Shown piece by piece: positions 16,770 to 27,800 of a DNA stretch of 64,000 nucleotides (the stretch's first letter is position 1; every line of letters starts with the position of its first letter). Source of the stretch: Longimicrobiales bacterium (GTDB lineage Bacteria; Gemmatimonadota; Gemmatimonadetes; Longimicrobiales; Gaopeijiaceae). The notes under the pieces were generated by a model that saw only the letters and a program-made list of their open reading frames with translations, made no database searches and was not told the DNA's origin. Position numbers and translations under genes: made by a program. The stretch is from contig CAXXKM010000003.1 of the NCBI GenBank assembly GCA_963664435.2, forward strand, positions 800,001 through 864,000, given 5' to 3'.

Positions 16770-19205
16770 ATGGTACGCTCTGACATGCCCGCTCATCGGG
16801 TTCGCCCCCTCTCCCTCCTTCTCGTTCCGCTGGCCCTGGCCGCCTGCTCGGCCGGGCGCGCGGACCCCGGACCCTCCCCCTCGCCCGCCGCAGCGGAGCG
16901 GGACGACGACGCGATGGAGTCGTACGCGGAGGTGATCACGGCCGACGCCGTCAGCGACGACGGCCTCTTCGCCGTGCACCAGGTCGACACGGACTTCTTC
17001 TACGAGATCCCCGTCGAACAGTTCGGGCGCGAAATGCTGGTGGTGTCGCGGATCTCCCGCACGGCGGAGAACGTGGGCTGGGGCGGCGCCAAGGAGGGGA
17101 CCGCGGTGGTGCGCTGGCAGCGGCGGGGCGACCAGGTGCTGCTGCGCCAGGTGAGCCACGAGAACTACGCCGACCCGGAGAGCACGATCTACCAGTCGGT
17201 GCTGAACTCCAACTTCGAGCCGGTCATCCACGTGTTCGACATCGAGACCGTGTCCGAGGACTCGTCGGCGGTCGTCATCCAGGTGAACGACCTGTTCGAA
17301 AGCGACGTGCCGCTCTTCGGGATTCGTCCGCAGCGGCGGGAGGCGTACGAAGTTCGCAGCCTGGACGGGGACCGCACCTTCATCGAGTCGGCGCGCAGCT
17401 TCCCGCGCAACATCGAGGTGCGGCGAGTGGTCACCTACCAGGCCACCGAGGCTCCTTCGGACGCGGAATCCAACACGCTGTCGCTGGAGATGAACCACTC
17501 CATGCTGCTGCTCCCCGACGAGCTCATGCAGCCGCGCCTGTGGGACGAGCGGGTCGGCTTCTTCTCCGTGACCCGCACCAACTACGGGCTGGATGAGCAG
17601 CGCGCCGAGCAGGAGCGCTTCATCACGCGCTGGCGCCTGGAGCCCTCCGACCCGGAGGCGTGGGCGCGCGGAGAGCTGGTCGACCCGGTGAAGCCCATCG
17701 TCTACTACGTGGATCCCGCGACGCCTGAGAAGTGGCGCCCCTACATCATCCAGGGAGTGAACGACTGGCAGGTGGCCTTCGAAGCGGCGGGATTCAGCAA
17801 CGCCATCGAGGGGCGAGAGCCCCCTTCCCCGGAGGAGGACCCCGACTGGAGCCCCGAAGACGCGCGCCATTCGGTGATCCGCTACCTGGCGTCGCCGGTC
17901 CAGAACGCTTCCGGACCGCACGTCCACGACCCCCGGACGGGAGAGATCCTGGAGAGCGACATCCAGTGGTACCACAACGTGATGAACCTGCTGCGCAACT
18001 GGTACCTGGTGCAGACTGCGGCCAAAGAGGACAACGCGCGCGGGGTGAAGTTCGACGACGAGGTGATGGGCGAGCTGATCCGCTTCGTCTCCGCGCACGA
18101 GGTGGGGCACACCATCGGGCTTCCGCACAACATGAAGTCGTCGGCCGCGTACCCGGTCGACTCGTTGCGCACCAGCTTCACCTGTTCGATGGGCACGGCG
18201 CCTTCGATCATGGACTACGCGCGCTTCAACTACGTGGCGCAGCCCGGAGACGATGCCTGCGTGCTGCCCCGCGTGGGCCCGTACGACATTTACTCGGTCC
18301 GCTGGGGCTACCGGCCCATCCCGGAAGCGGGTTCGCCGGAGGACGAGCGGACGACGCTGCACCAGTGGATTCTGGACACCGGTGACGACCCCGTGTACCG
18401 CTTCGGCGACCCCAGCCAGGCCGACCCCGAGTCGCTCACCGAGGCCATCGGCGACGACGCCATGCGCGCGTCGGAGCTGGGCATCGCCAACCTGAAGCGC
18501 ATCGCGACGTCGCTGCGCGACTGGACCTACGAGGAGGGCGAGGGCTACGCGCAGCTGCGCGAGCTGCACCAGCAGATCGGCGGACAGTGGAACCGCTACT
18601 CGGGCCACGTGCTCACCAACGTCGGCGGGGTGCTCTGGAACCGGAAGAGCCAGGACCAGGACGGCTATCCCTACGAGCGGGTGGATCGGGAGACGCAGGA
18701 GCGGGCCATGGCCTACCTGGACGAGCAGGTGTTCCGGACGCCGTCCTGGCTGATCGATCCGGACATCCTCGACCGGGTGCAGGGGTCCGGCGCTCCCGAC
18801 CTTCTGGGGGGCTGGCAGGCCTCCGCCCTCAACCGCCTGCTCGACGTGGACCGCATGAAGCGGCTGATCGAGCAGGAGGCGTTCGATGGCGCGGAGGCCT
18901 ACGGGCTCAACGAGATGCTCGACGACCTGCGCGGCGCGGTGTGGCGCGAGACGGCGAGCGGCGAGGCCACGGATACCTACAGGCGCAATCTGCAGCGCGT
19001 GCATCTCGAGCGCTTCGCGGAACTGATGGAGGACGAGGACGCGCTGGCCACGGACATCGTACCGGCGGTGCGCGGGCAGCTGGCGACGCTGGCGGGAGAG
19101 GTGCGCGCGGGCGCCGGACGCACGCGCCACCGAGCCACCCGGCTCCACTACGAGGACGTGCTGGTGCGCATCGAAGCGATGCTGGATCCGTCGAACGGGG
19201 GCTGA
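16770..19205 (+). CDS. Zinc-dependent metalloprotease lipoprotein (DUF5117/DUF4953, EcxA-like metzincin)
   Basis: Lipobox LAAC; HEVGHTIGLPHN; Met-turn SIMDYARFNY; DPRTGEILESDI. Confidence 0.92.
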   Translation: MVRSDMPAHRVRPLSLLLVPLALAACSAGRADPGPSPSPAAAERDDDAMESYAEVITADAVSDDGLFAVHQVDTDFFYEIPVEQFGREMLVVSRISRTAENVGWGGAKEGTAVVRWQRRGDQVLLRQVSHENYADPESTIYQSVLNSNFEPVIHVFDIETVSEDSSAVVIQVNDLFESDVPLFGIRPQRREAYEVRSLDGDRTFIESARSFPRNIEVRRVVTYQATEAPSDAESNTLSLEMNHSMLLLPDELMQPRLWDERVGFFSVTRTNYGLDEQRAEQERFITRWRLEPSDPEAWARGELVDPVKPIVYYVDPATPEKWRPYIIQGVNDWQVAFEAAGFSNAIEGREPPSPEEDPDWSPEDARHSVIRYLASPVQNASGPHVHDPRTGEILESDIQWYHNVMNLLRNWYLVQTAAKEDNARGVKFDDEVMGELIRFVSAHEVGHTIGLPHNMKSSAAYPVDSLRTSFTCSMGTAPSIMDYARFNYVAQPGDDACVLPRVGPYDIYSVRWGYRPIPEAGSPEDERTTLHQWILDTGDDPVYRFGDPSQADPESLTEAIGDDAMRASELGIANLKRIATSLRDWTYEEGEGYAQLRELHQQIGGQWNRYSGHVLTNVGGVLWNRKSQDQDGYPYERVDRETQERAMAYLDEQVFRTPSWLIDPDILDRVQGSGAPDLLGGWQASALNRLLDVDRMKRLIEQEAFDGAEAYGLNEMLDDLRGAVWRETASGEATDTYRRNLQRVHLERFAELMEDEDALATDIVPAVRGQLATLAGEVRAGAGRTRHRATRLHYEDVLVRIEAMLDPSNGG

Positions 19206-20212
19206 CCTTCAACGCGCTTACCGCACCCCCCTTCCGGCCGCGCCCCTTCCGGCCACCCTGGTGGCTGAGGAACCCGCACGCCCAGACCCTCGCGGGGGTC
19301 TTTTTCCGCACGCCGGGCCGGGTCCCGCTCGAACGCCGCCGGCTGGACACCCCGGACGGCGACTTCCTCGACCTGGACTTCACCCCCGATCCGGGCCCGG
19401 ACGCCCCCGTCGCGCTCGTGCTTCACGGCCTGGAGGGCTACATCCGGCGCCCCTATGCGTCGGGCGTGCTGAGCCGCCTGTTCGACCGCGGCGTGCGGGG
19501 CGTGGGGCTGAACTTCCGGGGCTGCGGGGGAGAGCCGAACCGGACCGCCCGCTTCTACCACGCCGGGGACACGGGCGATCTGGCCTTTGTCACCCGGCAC
19601 CTCCGGCACCGCTATCCCGGGCGGCCCATCGGGGCGATCGGCTTCAGCCTGGGGGGAAACGTCGTCCTCAAGTACCTGGGCGAACGGGGCGCGGACAGCT
19701 CGATCGCCGCCGCCGCGACCATCTGCGTCCCCTTCGGTCTCGCGGCATCCTGCGACCGGATCAGCCATGGCCTGATGGGCGGCCTCTACACCAGCTACTT
19801 CCTGCGTTCACTGCGGCGGAAGGTGCGCGCGAAACAGCCGCTGCTCGAAGGGATCATCGACACCGGACCGGCGCTTCACGCCCGCACCCTGCGCGAGTTC
19901 GACGACATCCTGACGGCTCCGCTGCACGGCTTCGCCGACGCCGACGACTACTACGCCAGGTCGGACGCGCGCGCGTTCCTCGCGCGCATCCGGGTCCCGG
20001 CGCTGCTCATCCAGAGCCGCGACGATCCCATTTCGAGTCCCGTGGCAATCCCCGATGAGCAGGTGGCGGCCAACCCGCACCTGGTGGCGGCGTTCGCGCC
20101 CGGGGGCGGCCACGCCGGCTTCGTCGAAGGCCCGGTTCCGTGGCGTGCATCCATCCACGCCGACGGAGAAGCCGTCCGCTTCCTGGTGCACCATCTTCGC
20201 GCAAAAAGCTGA
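19202..20212 (+). CDS. YheT-family alpha/beta hydrolase
   Basis: WWLRNPHAQT, DGDFLDLD, LHGLEG, NFRGCGGEPN, GFSLGGN, DDP, GGHAGF. Start codon uncertain (CTG overlapping the upstream TGA). Confidence 0.9.
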   Translation: MTFNALTAPPFRPRPFRPPWWLRNPHAQTLAGVFFRTPGRVPLERRRLDTPDGDFLDLDFTPDPGPDAPVALVLHGLEGYIRRPYASGVLSRLFDRGVRGVGLNFRGCGGEPNRTARFYHAGDTGDLAFVTRHLRHRYPGRPIGAIGFSLGGNVVLKYLGERGADSSIAAAATICVPFGLAASCDRISHGLMGGLYTSYFLRSLRRKVRAKQPLLEGIIDTGPALHARTLREFDDILTAPLHGFADADDYYARSDARAFLARIRVPALLIQSRDDPISSPVAIPDEQVAANPHLVAAFAPGGGHAGFVEGPVPWRASIHADGEAVRFLVHHLRAKS

Positions 20213-20264
20213 CCACGCCTGCCCCAACCACTTTCGGTGTCTCGCCCGAAGCCGGTCACGTCCC

Positions 20265-20293
20265 TTGACGAGTTGGGGTTCTCCTTGTAGCGT
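20265..20293 (+). promoter_or_regulatory. Sigma70-like promoter of the cold-shock gene
   Basis: TTGACG-N17-TAGCGT, ~200 nt upstream of the csp ATG. Confidence 0.5.
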
Positions 20294-20491
20294 TCGCGCG
20301 TTTGCTCCGCCGGGCACTCACGGCCCGGCACCCAGATCCGCAGCTTGAGATTTCATCTGCCGTACGCATCATCCGCCGTAACCAATCGCCGCACAGGCCT
20401 TTTGCATTAGTCTCACCACCGTCGGGATCGCGCCGCTTGCGGCAATTTCTCGCCCTCTGCCGGTCCCGCGTCATCAGGAGGAAGAAGTAGA

Positions 20492-20704
20492 ATGAGAACG
20501 ACTGGAACCGTGAAATGGTTCAACGACGCCAAGGGGTATGGGTTTCTGGATCCCGAAGGGGGGAACCAGGACTGCTTCGTTCACTACTCGGCCATCTCGG
20601 GAGACGGTTTCCGCTCCCTGGCCGAAGGTGACCGCGTCGAGTTCGACATCGTTGACGGCCCCAAGGGCCCCGCGGCGGAGAACGTGACCCGGCTGGAATC
20701 CTGA
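20492..20704 (+). CDS. Cold-shock protein (CspA family)
   Basis: [14 protein letters not shown] (RNP1), FVHYSAI (RNP2), [19 protein letters not shown]. Confidence 0.97.
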   Translation: MRTTGTVKWFNDAKGYGFLDPEGGNQDCFVHYSAISGDGFRSLAEGDRVEFDIVDGPKGPAAENVTRLES

Positions 20705-20781
20705 ACAACCCGGGAAAGCGCTCCGGCGCTGACCCGGAAAAGCGACCGCGTCCTCCCGGCTCCGGCTGACGAGGCTGCGGC

Positions 20782-21294
20782 TCAGACTCGGAAGAAGGCT
20801 CGGCCCTGCCAGCTGTGGCGGGCCGGGCCTTCCCATTTTCCTTCCCTGAACTCGTCCAGCCGCGTGATGGTGTTGTTGAACACGGGCGTGTCCAGCGTCA
20901 CGTCTCCGGCGTCCGCCAGCTTCCTGAACCCTCCCCGGCTCACCCGCTCGACGCCGCGCGCGGACAGGTAGTACACCGGCGTGTTGTCCACCAGCCGCGA
21001 GCCGATCTCGGCCTCCAGCTCCTTCAGCATGTGCACCAGAGCGTCGATCGAGCAGCCCGAGGGAGGCGTCACGCTCTCGTCCACGGCAACCGCCAGGAAT
21101 CGGTCGTAGAGCCATGCCCGCCCGGCTGCCAGGGGAGCTCCATGGGCCTTCCACCGGGAAAGAAAGCCGTCCACGCGCGCGAGCAGCGCGGCGCGCGCCG
21201 GACCGGAGAGGGGATGCTCGCTCCCGAACACCCACAGCCGCGCCTGGTCGGGCAGGCGCTCGAAGACGGAATCGGTCTGCTCGGTCGTTTTCAT
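20782..21294 (-). CDS. Conserved hypothetical protein (SGCSID motif)
   Basis: WKAHG, VDE, SGCSID, FNNTI motifs; typical codon usage; directly downstream of the AI-2E gene. Confidence 0.75.
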   Translation of the reverse strand: MKTTEQTDSVFERLPDQARLWVFGSEHPLSGPARAALLARVDGFLSRWKAHGAPLAAGRAWLYDRFLAVAVDESVTPPSGCSIDALVHMLKELEAEIGSRLVDNTPVYYLSARGVERVSRGGFRKLADAGDVTLDTPVFNNTITRLDEFREGKWEGPARHSWQGRAFFRV

Positions 21295-22356
21295 TTATTC
21301 CTCGCGCGCAAGGGAATCGCCCAGACCCTTCCCGAGCAGGACCGCCATCCAGCGGAGATCGGGGGTGTTCTCGAGCAGGATCTTGAGAATCATGGTCAGC
21401 GGAATCGACAGGAACATCCCCAGCGGACCCCAGACCCATCCCCAGAAGATGAGGGAGAGGACGACGACGAGGGTCGACAGGCCCAGTCGGCGCCCCATCA
21501 GGTTGGGTTCGATGATGTTGCCGAAGACGGTGTTGATGCCCAGGTAGACGACACCCACGCCCAACGCCGATCCGAGGCCGAACTGGATGAGCGCCAGCAG
21601 GACGGCGGGCACCGAGGCGATGACCGAGCCGATCGTCGGGATGTAGTTGAGGACGAAGCCGATGAGCCCGAGCAACACCGGGAAGTCGAGGCCGATGGCC
21701 GCCGCGAAGAGACCGATGGTGATCCCGGTGGCCAGGGAAACCAGCGTCTTGATGGTCAGGTAGGTCTGGACTTCGCGAACGATGTTGGTAAGCCTGATCG
21801 AGTCGCTCCCGACATCACCCAGCGCCATGCGCAGCTTGCGCGGGAAGACCGCCGCCTCGGCCAGAATGAAGACCATGATCAACAAGACCAGGAACGTGTC
21901 GGTCACCAGGGCCAGGACCCGCTGGATGGTGCCGGTGGCGAAGTCGAGTGCAGCTTCGAACGAGAAAAGGTCGGTCAGCGCCGCGAAGACGTTCCCCACG
22001 AGGGGAAGCTCGACCTCGGCCAGCCTCGCCTCCCATACTTCCCAGAGCAGCAGCAGACGGATCTCGTATGCGGGATAGCGGGCCTGGAACTCGGCGAACG
22101 CCTGGCTTGCGAGCAGCAGCAGGCCTCCCACCACGGCCGCCACCAGCAGCACGGAGATCAGGATGGCGAGCGGGGACGGGACGCCGTACCGGCGCAGCCA
22201 CATCATCACCGGAAGGGTCAGGATCGCGAGGACCAGTGCAAGGAAGAAGAGCGAGAGAATGCTTCCCGCCAGCTTCAGGCCGGCGACGACGACCACGACC
22301 GACGCGAGCACCCCCAGCACCCGGGCGCCTCGCTTGTCTTCCTGTCGTTCCAGCAT
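21295..22356 (-). CDS. AI-2E family transporter
   Basis: [41 protein letters not shown]. Confidence 0.93.
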   Translation of the reverse strand: MLERQEDKRGARVLGVLASVVVVVAGLKLAGSILSLFFLALVLAILTLPVMMWLRRYGVPSPLAILISVLLVAAVVGGLLLLASQAFAEFQARYPAYEIRLLLLWEVWEARLAEVELPLVGNVFAALTDLFSFEAALDFATGTIQRVLALVTDTFLVLLIMVFILAEAAVFPRKLRMALGDVGSDSIRLTNIVREVQTYLTIKTLVSLATGITIGLFAAAIGLDFPVLLGLIGFVLNYIPTIGSVIASVPAVLLALIQFGLGSALGVGVVYLGINTVFGNIIEPNLMGRRLGLSTLVVVLSLIFWGWVWGPLGMFLSIPLTMILKILLENTPDLRWMAVLLGKGLGDSLAREE

Positions 22357-22369
22357 TCGTGATCTTTCC

Positions 22370-22738
22370 ATGAGTGAGACCGGAGCATCCGGGCGCTACG
22401 CCCTCCCCGAGTCCGACGCGGCGCTCCTGCGTGAATGCAGGGTCGATACTCTGCGCGCCGGAGGCAAGGGCGGGCAGCATCAGAACGTGACCGACAGCGC
22501 CGTCCGCCTCACGCATCTTCCCACCGGGATCGTGGTCGTGGCGCGAGAACGCCGCAGCCAGCACCGCAATCGGCAGGTCGCCCTGGCCAGGCTTCGCCGG
22601 CGCCTCGAGGAGCGCCTGGCGCCCAGGCCGGAACGGATTCGCACGCGCGTCCCCAGGGTCCAGAAGCGCAAACGGCTGGAGGCGAAGCGCAGGCGCGGTC
22701 AGTTGAAGCGGTTGCGGCGGAGGCCGAAGGAGGAGTAG
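22370..22738 (+). CDS. Release-factor-like peptidyl-tRNA hydrolase (ArfB-like ribosome rescue factor)
   Basis: [12 protein letters not shown] motif, [19 protein letters not shown] and a basic C-terminal tail. Confidence 0.88.
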   Translation: MSETGASGRYALPESDAALLRECRVDTLRAGGKGGQHQNVTDSAVRLTHLPTGIVVVARERRSQHRNRQVALARLRRRLEERLAPRPERIRTRVPRVQKRKRLEAKRRRGQLKRLRRRPKEE

Positions 22739-22801
22739 GCGGGGGTCGCTCAGGCAGCCGGGTTCGCCGACCGCGCGCAACAGGAACCGTCGCGCGCTCG
22801 A

Positions 22802-24019
22802 CTATCCCCCTGGCGGTTCGATCCTCCAGACATCCACGTGGTCCAAGTCGAGGCTGTCCTGTCGGATCGTTATGAGATGATCGGCACTGAAGGCGGGTGC
22901 GGCGCGTTCCTTGCGCGGGGGTGCGGGAACGGTGCCGAGCAGTCGGCCTTCGGGATCGAAGAATTCCCACCGGTTCCCGGCGGTGCGGATTACTTCCACC
23001 CAGAGCTTCCCGTTGGGGTCGATGAACATGCCCTGGATGAAGGACTTCGCCTCCGGCCGGCTGGGTCGCCGGGGATCGCACTCCGCATCCGGCCGCTCCG
23101 CAACGAGTTCCTCGAAGTCCCGATTCCCGGCTGTCCATTCCTCGTCCGAAATGGGTTCTGACGGAAGGGGACGCTCGATCACGCGCAGGGTGTCGCCGTT
23201 GCGTCCGGTGACCGCAATTCGATAGGCATCCGTCATCGCCGAATACATCACTGCGCCGGGCCCGGCGTGCTGAGCCAGCCCCCGGCCGAACGGGATGGGG
23301 AATGAGGTGATCATGCCACCGTATTGGCAGATGATGAAGCCAGCCGGACCCGGCGGCGGCTGAAGCTGCGACAGCGTGTCGCCCGTCTCTCCGCGGCGGT
23401 CGTGGCCGACGAGCACGGAGGTGACCCCGGTTGCATCCCGGAGAAGCCCGAGTCTATAGAACTCGTCCGGACCGACGGGCATGAGCCGGATGCCGGCGGG
23501 GGAGCCGCTGTAGCTCCCCTCGATCAGCTGCTGGCCCAGCCACTCGCCGTCGGCCGAGAACTCTCCGATGCGCCCCAGGCTGGGATCCAGGGTCAGGAGC
23601 CGGTCGCCCATCCACGCGAGCGAATAGAGGCTGCGGAACTCCCCGGGTCCTTCTCCGTTTCGCCCGAAGGTGCGCCGGTGGACGCCGTCCAGACCGAAGA
23701 CACGGACTTCGTCGTTGAGGCCGTCGGCCACGAACACGGCCTCCTCGGGCCCGAGGGTGGCGCTGTTGACCCGGCCGAACTCCTCCGGAGCACCCGTTTC
23801 CGACAGCGACCTCGGTCCGATGGACACGACCGGGGTGAGCTGCCAGGCGGGCGCGGTTCCGGTGTTGGTCACGCGCGGCACTCCCCCGACCGTGTCGGTC
23901 GTGATGGTGAGGTCGCCCGCCGGCGGGGTTTCCGAGGCACAGCCCGAGGCGACCCCCGCGAGGAGCGCCAGAAGGACGGCGGGGGCGAACGGGAGCCTGA
24001 TGGGCGAGCCGAGGTTCAT
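22802..24019 (-). CDS. 6-bladed beta-propeller (NHL-like) lipoprotein
   Basis: Lipobox ASGC; VFVADG..VRVFGLDG..FGRNGEGPGEF; FDPEGRLLG. Confidence 0.85.
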   Translation of the reverse strand: MNLGSPIRLPFAPAVLLALLAGVASGCASETPPAGDLTITTDTVGGVPRVTNTGTAPAWQLTPVVSIGPRSLSETGAPEEFGRVNSATLGPEEAVFVADGLNDEVRVFGLDGVHRRTFGRNGEGPGEFRSLYSLAWMGDRLLTLDPSLGRIGEFSADGEWLGQQLIEGSYSGSPAGIRLMPVGPDEFYRLGLLRDATGVTSVLVGHDRRGETGDTLSQLQPPPGPAGFIICQYGGMITSFPIPFGRGLAQHAGPGAVMYSAMTDAYRIAVTGRNGDTLRVIERPLPSEPISDEEWTAGNRDFEELVAERPDAECDPRRPSRPEAKSFIQGMFIDPNGKLWVEVIRTAGNRWEFFDPEGRLLGTVPAPPRKERAAPAFSADHLITIRQDSLDLDHVDVWRIEPPGG

Positions 24020-24316
24020 GATGTTCTCCCCCGGGGACAGGTCGCGAAGTGCATCGACAGCAACAGTAACCAGCGAGATTCGGGACAGCGACCGAGCGGA
24101 TGCCTTGGAGCAACGTCAGCGGCTGGACGAGCCCGCCTTCAGCGTCAGCAGCGACTGCGACGAAGCCGACTTCGAGTTCCAGAGCAATCTCGCCTCGCAG
24201 GGGGCGCCGGAACCAACATCGGGTTGACCGATTCGGTCGACGGAATTGGGGGCTTGCTCTATACTTTCGGCCTGCGGGCTGCCCCACCAACAATCACGAC
24301 GGAGAACGGACAGAGC

Positions 24317-24838
24317 ATGGTGAATTCGGTGCGAAGACCTCACTCGGACGAGTACGCCGACTTCTACGCGAGCTACGTCGCGGCGGTCGAGGAACCGCTC
24401 CTCGAGAGGCTGGAGGGCGAGGCCGCGGAGTGGCGCGACCTGCTCGCGGCCGTCCCGCCCGGCAAGGAAGGCTATCGCTACGCCCCGGGAAAGTGGTCGA
24501 TCCGCGAAGTCGTGGGACACGTCATCGATGCCGAACGGATGTTCAGCGTGCGCGCGATGGCTTTCGCGCGGGGGGACGCGTCACACTATCCGTCGTTCGA
24601 CGAGAACGCCTACGCGGCGGAATCCGGGGCCGACCAGCGCACCCTGGCCGACCTCTCCGAGGAACTGTCGGCGGTCCGGACGGCAACCCTCCTGCTGCTG
24701 CGCAGCTTTCCGGAGGACGCGTGGAATCGTCGCGGCGTGGCCAGCGGCAACGTCTTCACGGTCAGAAGCCTGGCCTGGATTATCGCCGGGCACTCCCGTC
24801 ATCACCGGAAGGTGTTGATGGAGCGCTATCTGGCGTAA
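24317..24838 (+). CDS. DinB family protein
   Basis: YRYAPGKWSIREVVGHVIDAER, FDENAY, GHSRHH. Confidence 0.92.
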   Translation: MVNSVRRPHSDEYADFYASYVAAVEEPLLERLEGEAAEWRDLLAAVPPGKEGYRYAPGKWSIREVVGHVIDAERMFSVRAMAFARGDASHYPSFDENAYAAESGADQRTLADLSEELSAVRTATLLLLRSFPEDAWNRRGVASGNVFTVRSLAWIIAGHSRHHRKVLMERYLA

Positions 24839-24845
24839 TTCCGCG

Positions 24846-27800
24846 CTACCCGGCCTCCCGCGCCTCCCGCGTCAGCGTCTCAAGCATCTCCATGTAGAAC
24901 TCCCGCCGCGCCTGCTGGTCCTGCGTCAGCGGGGCCACCACGCCTTCCACGGCGCCCGCAAGACGGGCGAGGCGGCTGGCCAACTCACCGAATTCGCGGC
25001 GCAGGTCGCGCAGCCTGGCGGCGCGGGCCCCGACGTCGTCCGCGGCGACCCCCTCCAGCGCCTCCTCGATGCGCGACGCTTCGGAGGCGACACGGGCTCT
25101 CGCCTCGGCCAGTTCCAGCAAAGTGGCTGTCCAGGCGGCCCTTACGTCGGCGGGCGCATCGATCCGCGGATCCTCCTGCAACGGAAAACGTTGCGCGGAC
25201 TCCACGCCCGCGGCCTGGAGGCGCGCGGTGTACGTGCCGGGGACGGCCAGCGGGCCTCGCCCGGCCTCCACCTCGTGGCGCATGTCCCACACTACGCGGT
25301 TCATCCCCTGTCCCGTGGTCCCCTCCACCGTCGCGACGCGGGCGCCGCCTTCGTCTTCGATGGCGATGCTGACCGTCCCCTCCGCCGCCGACTCGGCGAG
25401 CCAGTAGTCGAGGATGGCGCCGTTGGGGGGATTCTCGCCCTGGTAGTGCACGTCGCCGGCGTGGGCGGCTCCGCCCGCTCGCCGGATCTGGGTAGCGGGC
25501 TCGATGGTGAACAGGTGGGCGGGGCCGGCCATGATCTCCGGCGTCAGCTCCTGCAGCGCGTTGATCTGGTCGAGGATCCAGATGCCGCGGCCGTGGGTCC
25601 CGAGCACGAGGTCGTTGTCGCGCGGATGGATGACAAGGTCGTTGAACGGCAGCGTCGGCATTCCGCCCCGCAGCTCGGTCCAGTGCGCGCCGCCGTCCAT
25701 CGTGTAGAAGAGCCCGATCTCGGCGCCCAGGAAGAGCACCGACGGATTGCGCGGATCCTCGCGCACCGTTCGCAGCACGCGCCCGGCGGGCAGGTCACCG
25801 GTGATCGATACCCAGGTCTCCCCGTAGTCGTCGGAGCGGTACAGGTAGTTGGCATAGTCGTCGTTACGGTAGTTGTTCCAGACCGCGTAGACGCGGCTCT
25901 CCTCGTGTCGGGAAGGCTCGATGCCGTTCACCCACGCCCCGGGAGGAAGGCCGGGAAAGTCGGGGAGCACCGAAGGCTCGTCCGAGTCGGACACGTCGCG
26001 GGCGGCGACGTCGGTCCAGCGCTCGCCGCCGTCGCGCGAGACGTGGAGGCGGCCATCGGCCGTGCCGGCATAGATGAGACCCTGCGTGAGCGGGCTCTCC
26101 GCGACGGCCGAGATGGTGGGATAGTAGGGAACGCCGTCGTCCAGGGAGGGCATGAGGTCGTCCGGCATCTGTCCCATGACCGGCAGCGTGCGCCGGTCCA
26201 CGCCGGTGGTGAGGTCGCCCAGCGCCTCCCACGAGCCGCCCTGGTCGGTGGTCTTCCACAGCGTCCTTGTCCCCGCGTAGAGGGTGGACCCGTCGTGGGG
26301 CGAGATGATGAAGGGACCGTCCCAGTTGGCGGGTTCCATGGCGTTGCCGAGGCGCTGCTCCTCGAACGTGCCCACCTCCCTCCAGGTCTCCCAGTTGCGC
26401 CGGCCCGCGATGTGGCCCGAGGGATTGCCGGGCCGGATACTGGTCCGCTGTCCGCTTCGAATATCGAGGCGTGATAGTCCCAAGTATTGTGATTCCGTAT
26501 ATATGATATAGTTGTTGGTCGTGTCCGGGATATTCACGAAGCCATCGCCGCCGCCCAGGCGGGTCCAGTCGCTGTTGACGATCCCCTCCGTGCGGTACGT
26601 CTCGCTGGGTCCCATCCAGGAACCGTTGTCCTGGAGGCCTCCATAGACGTTGTAGGGCTCCGCCATGTCTACCTGGACCCGGTAGTACTGGCTCACCGGC
26701 AGGTCGGAAATGTAGAGCCAGTTCAGGCCGCGGTCGTAGGAGATCCCGAGTCCGCCGTCGTCGGCCTTTATTACGTGGCGCGAGTCGTCGGGGTTGACCC
26801 AGACCAGGCGGTCGTCACCGTGCAGGCTCTGGGGCGGAACGGTGAAGGTGCGCCCGCCGTCGTCGGAGAAGGAATAGCTGTTCACCATGTAGATGCGCTG
26901 GTCGTCGCTCGGGTCGACCAGGATCTGGCTTGCGTACATGGGACGGGGATTCCAGTCGCTCATGAACTCCCACGTCTCGCCGCGGTCCTCGGACCGGTAG
27001 ATGCCGGCGCGCCGCTCCGTGTAGGCGGTGGAGGCGTTGTAGCGGTAGCCCTGCTCGACGCTCACGTAGACGATGCGCGGGTCGCTCAGGTAGATGGAGA
27101 TGCCGATGCGTCCCAGGATGCCATCCGGGAGCCCGCTGGCGATCCCCGGGCCCGAGAGCCGGTCCCAGGTGTCGCCGCCGTCCACGCTCTTGTAGAGTGC
27201 GCTCCCCGGACCGCCGCCGTGGAACCCCCAGGGACGGCGCCGGCGCTGGTAGGTGGCGGCGTAGACGATGGCCGGATCCCCCGGGTCGAGCGCCACATCC
27301 ACGACGCCCGTGTCTTCGTCGATGTGGAGTATGCGCTGCCAGGTCGCGCCTCCGTCCGCGCTCCGGTACAGGCCGCGCTCGTCGTTGGGACCCCACAGGT
27401 GGCCCATGGCAGCCACATAGACGACGTCCGGATCGTCCGGGTGGAGGGCGATGCGCCCGATGTGGCGGCTTTCGCGGAGTCCCATGTTGGTCCACGAGGC
27501 GCCCCCGTCGGTGCTCTTGTACACGCCGTCGCCCCACGACGAGCTCTGCCGGTTTGCGCGCTCGCCGGTCCCGACCCACACCACCGAGGTGTCCCCCTGG
27601 TGCAATGCAATCGCCCCGACGGAGTGGGTCCCCTCGTTCTCGAACACCGGGACGAGGGTGATGCCGTTGTCGGCGGTCTTGTAGACGCCCCCGGTCGCGG
27701 AGGCGACGTAGAACTTGATGGGGTCGGACTCCGCCACCGCGAGATCGACGATCCTGCCACTCATGACGGCGGGCCCGATGTTGCGGGGACGAAGGGCGTC

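Noticed and set aside
24040..24200. Minus-strand frame containing GYCCCRC as a possible RiPP precursor
   Set aside because: No start/RBS or stop defining a short peptide, and no modification enzymes nearby.
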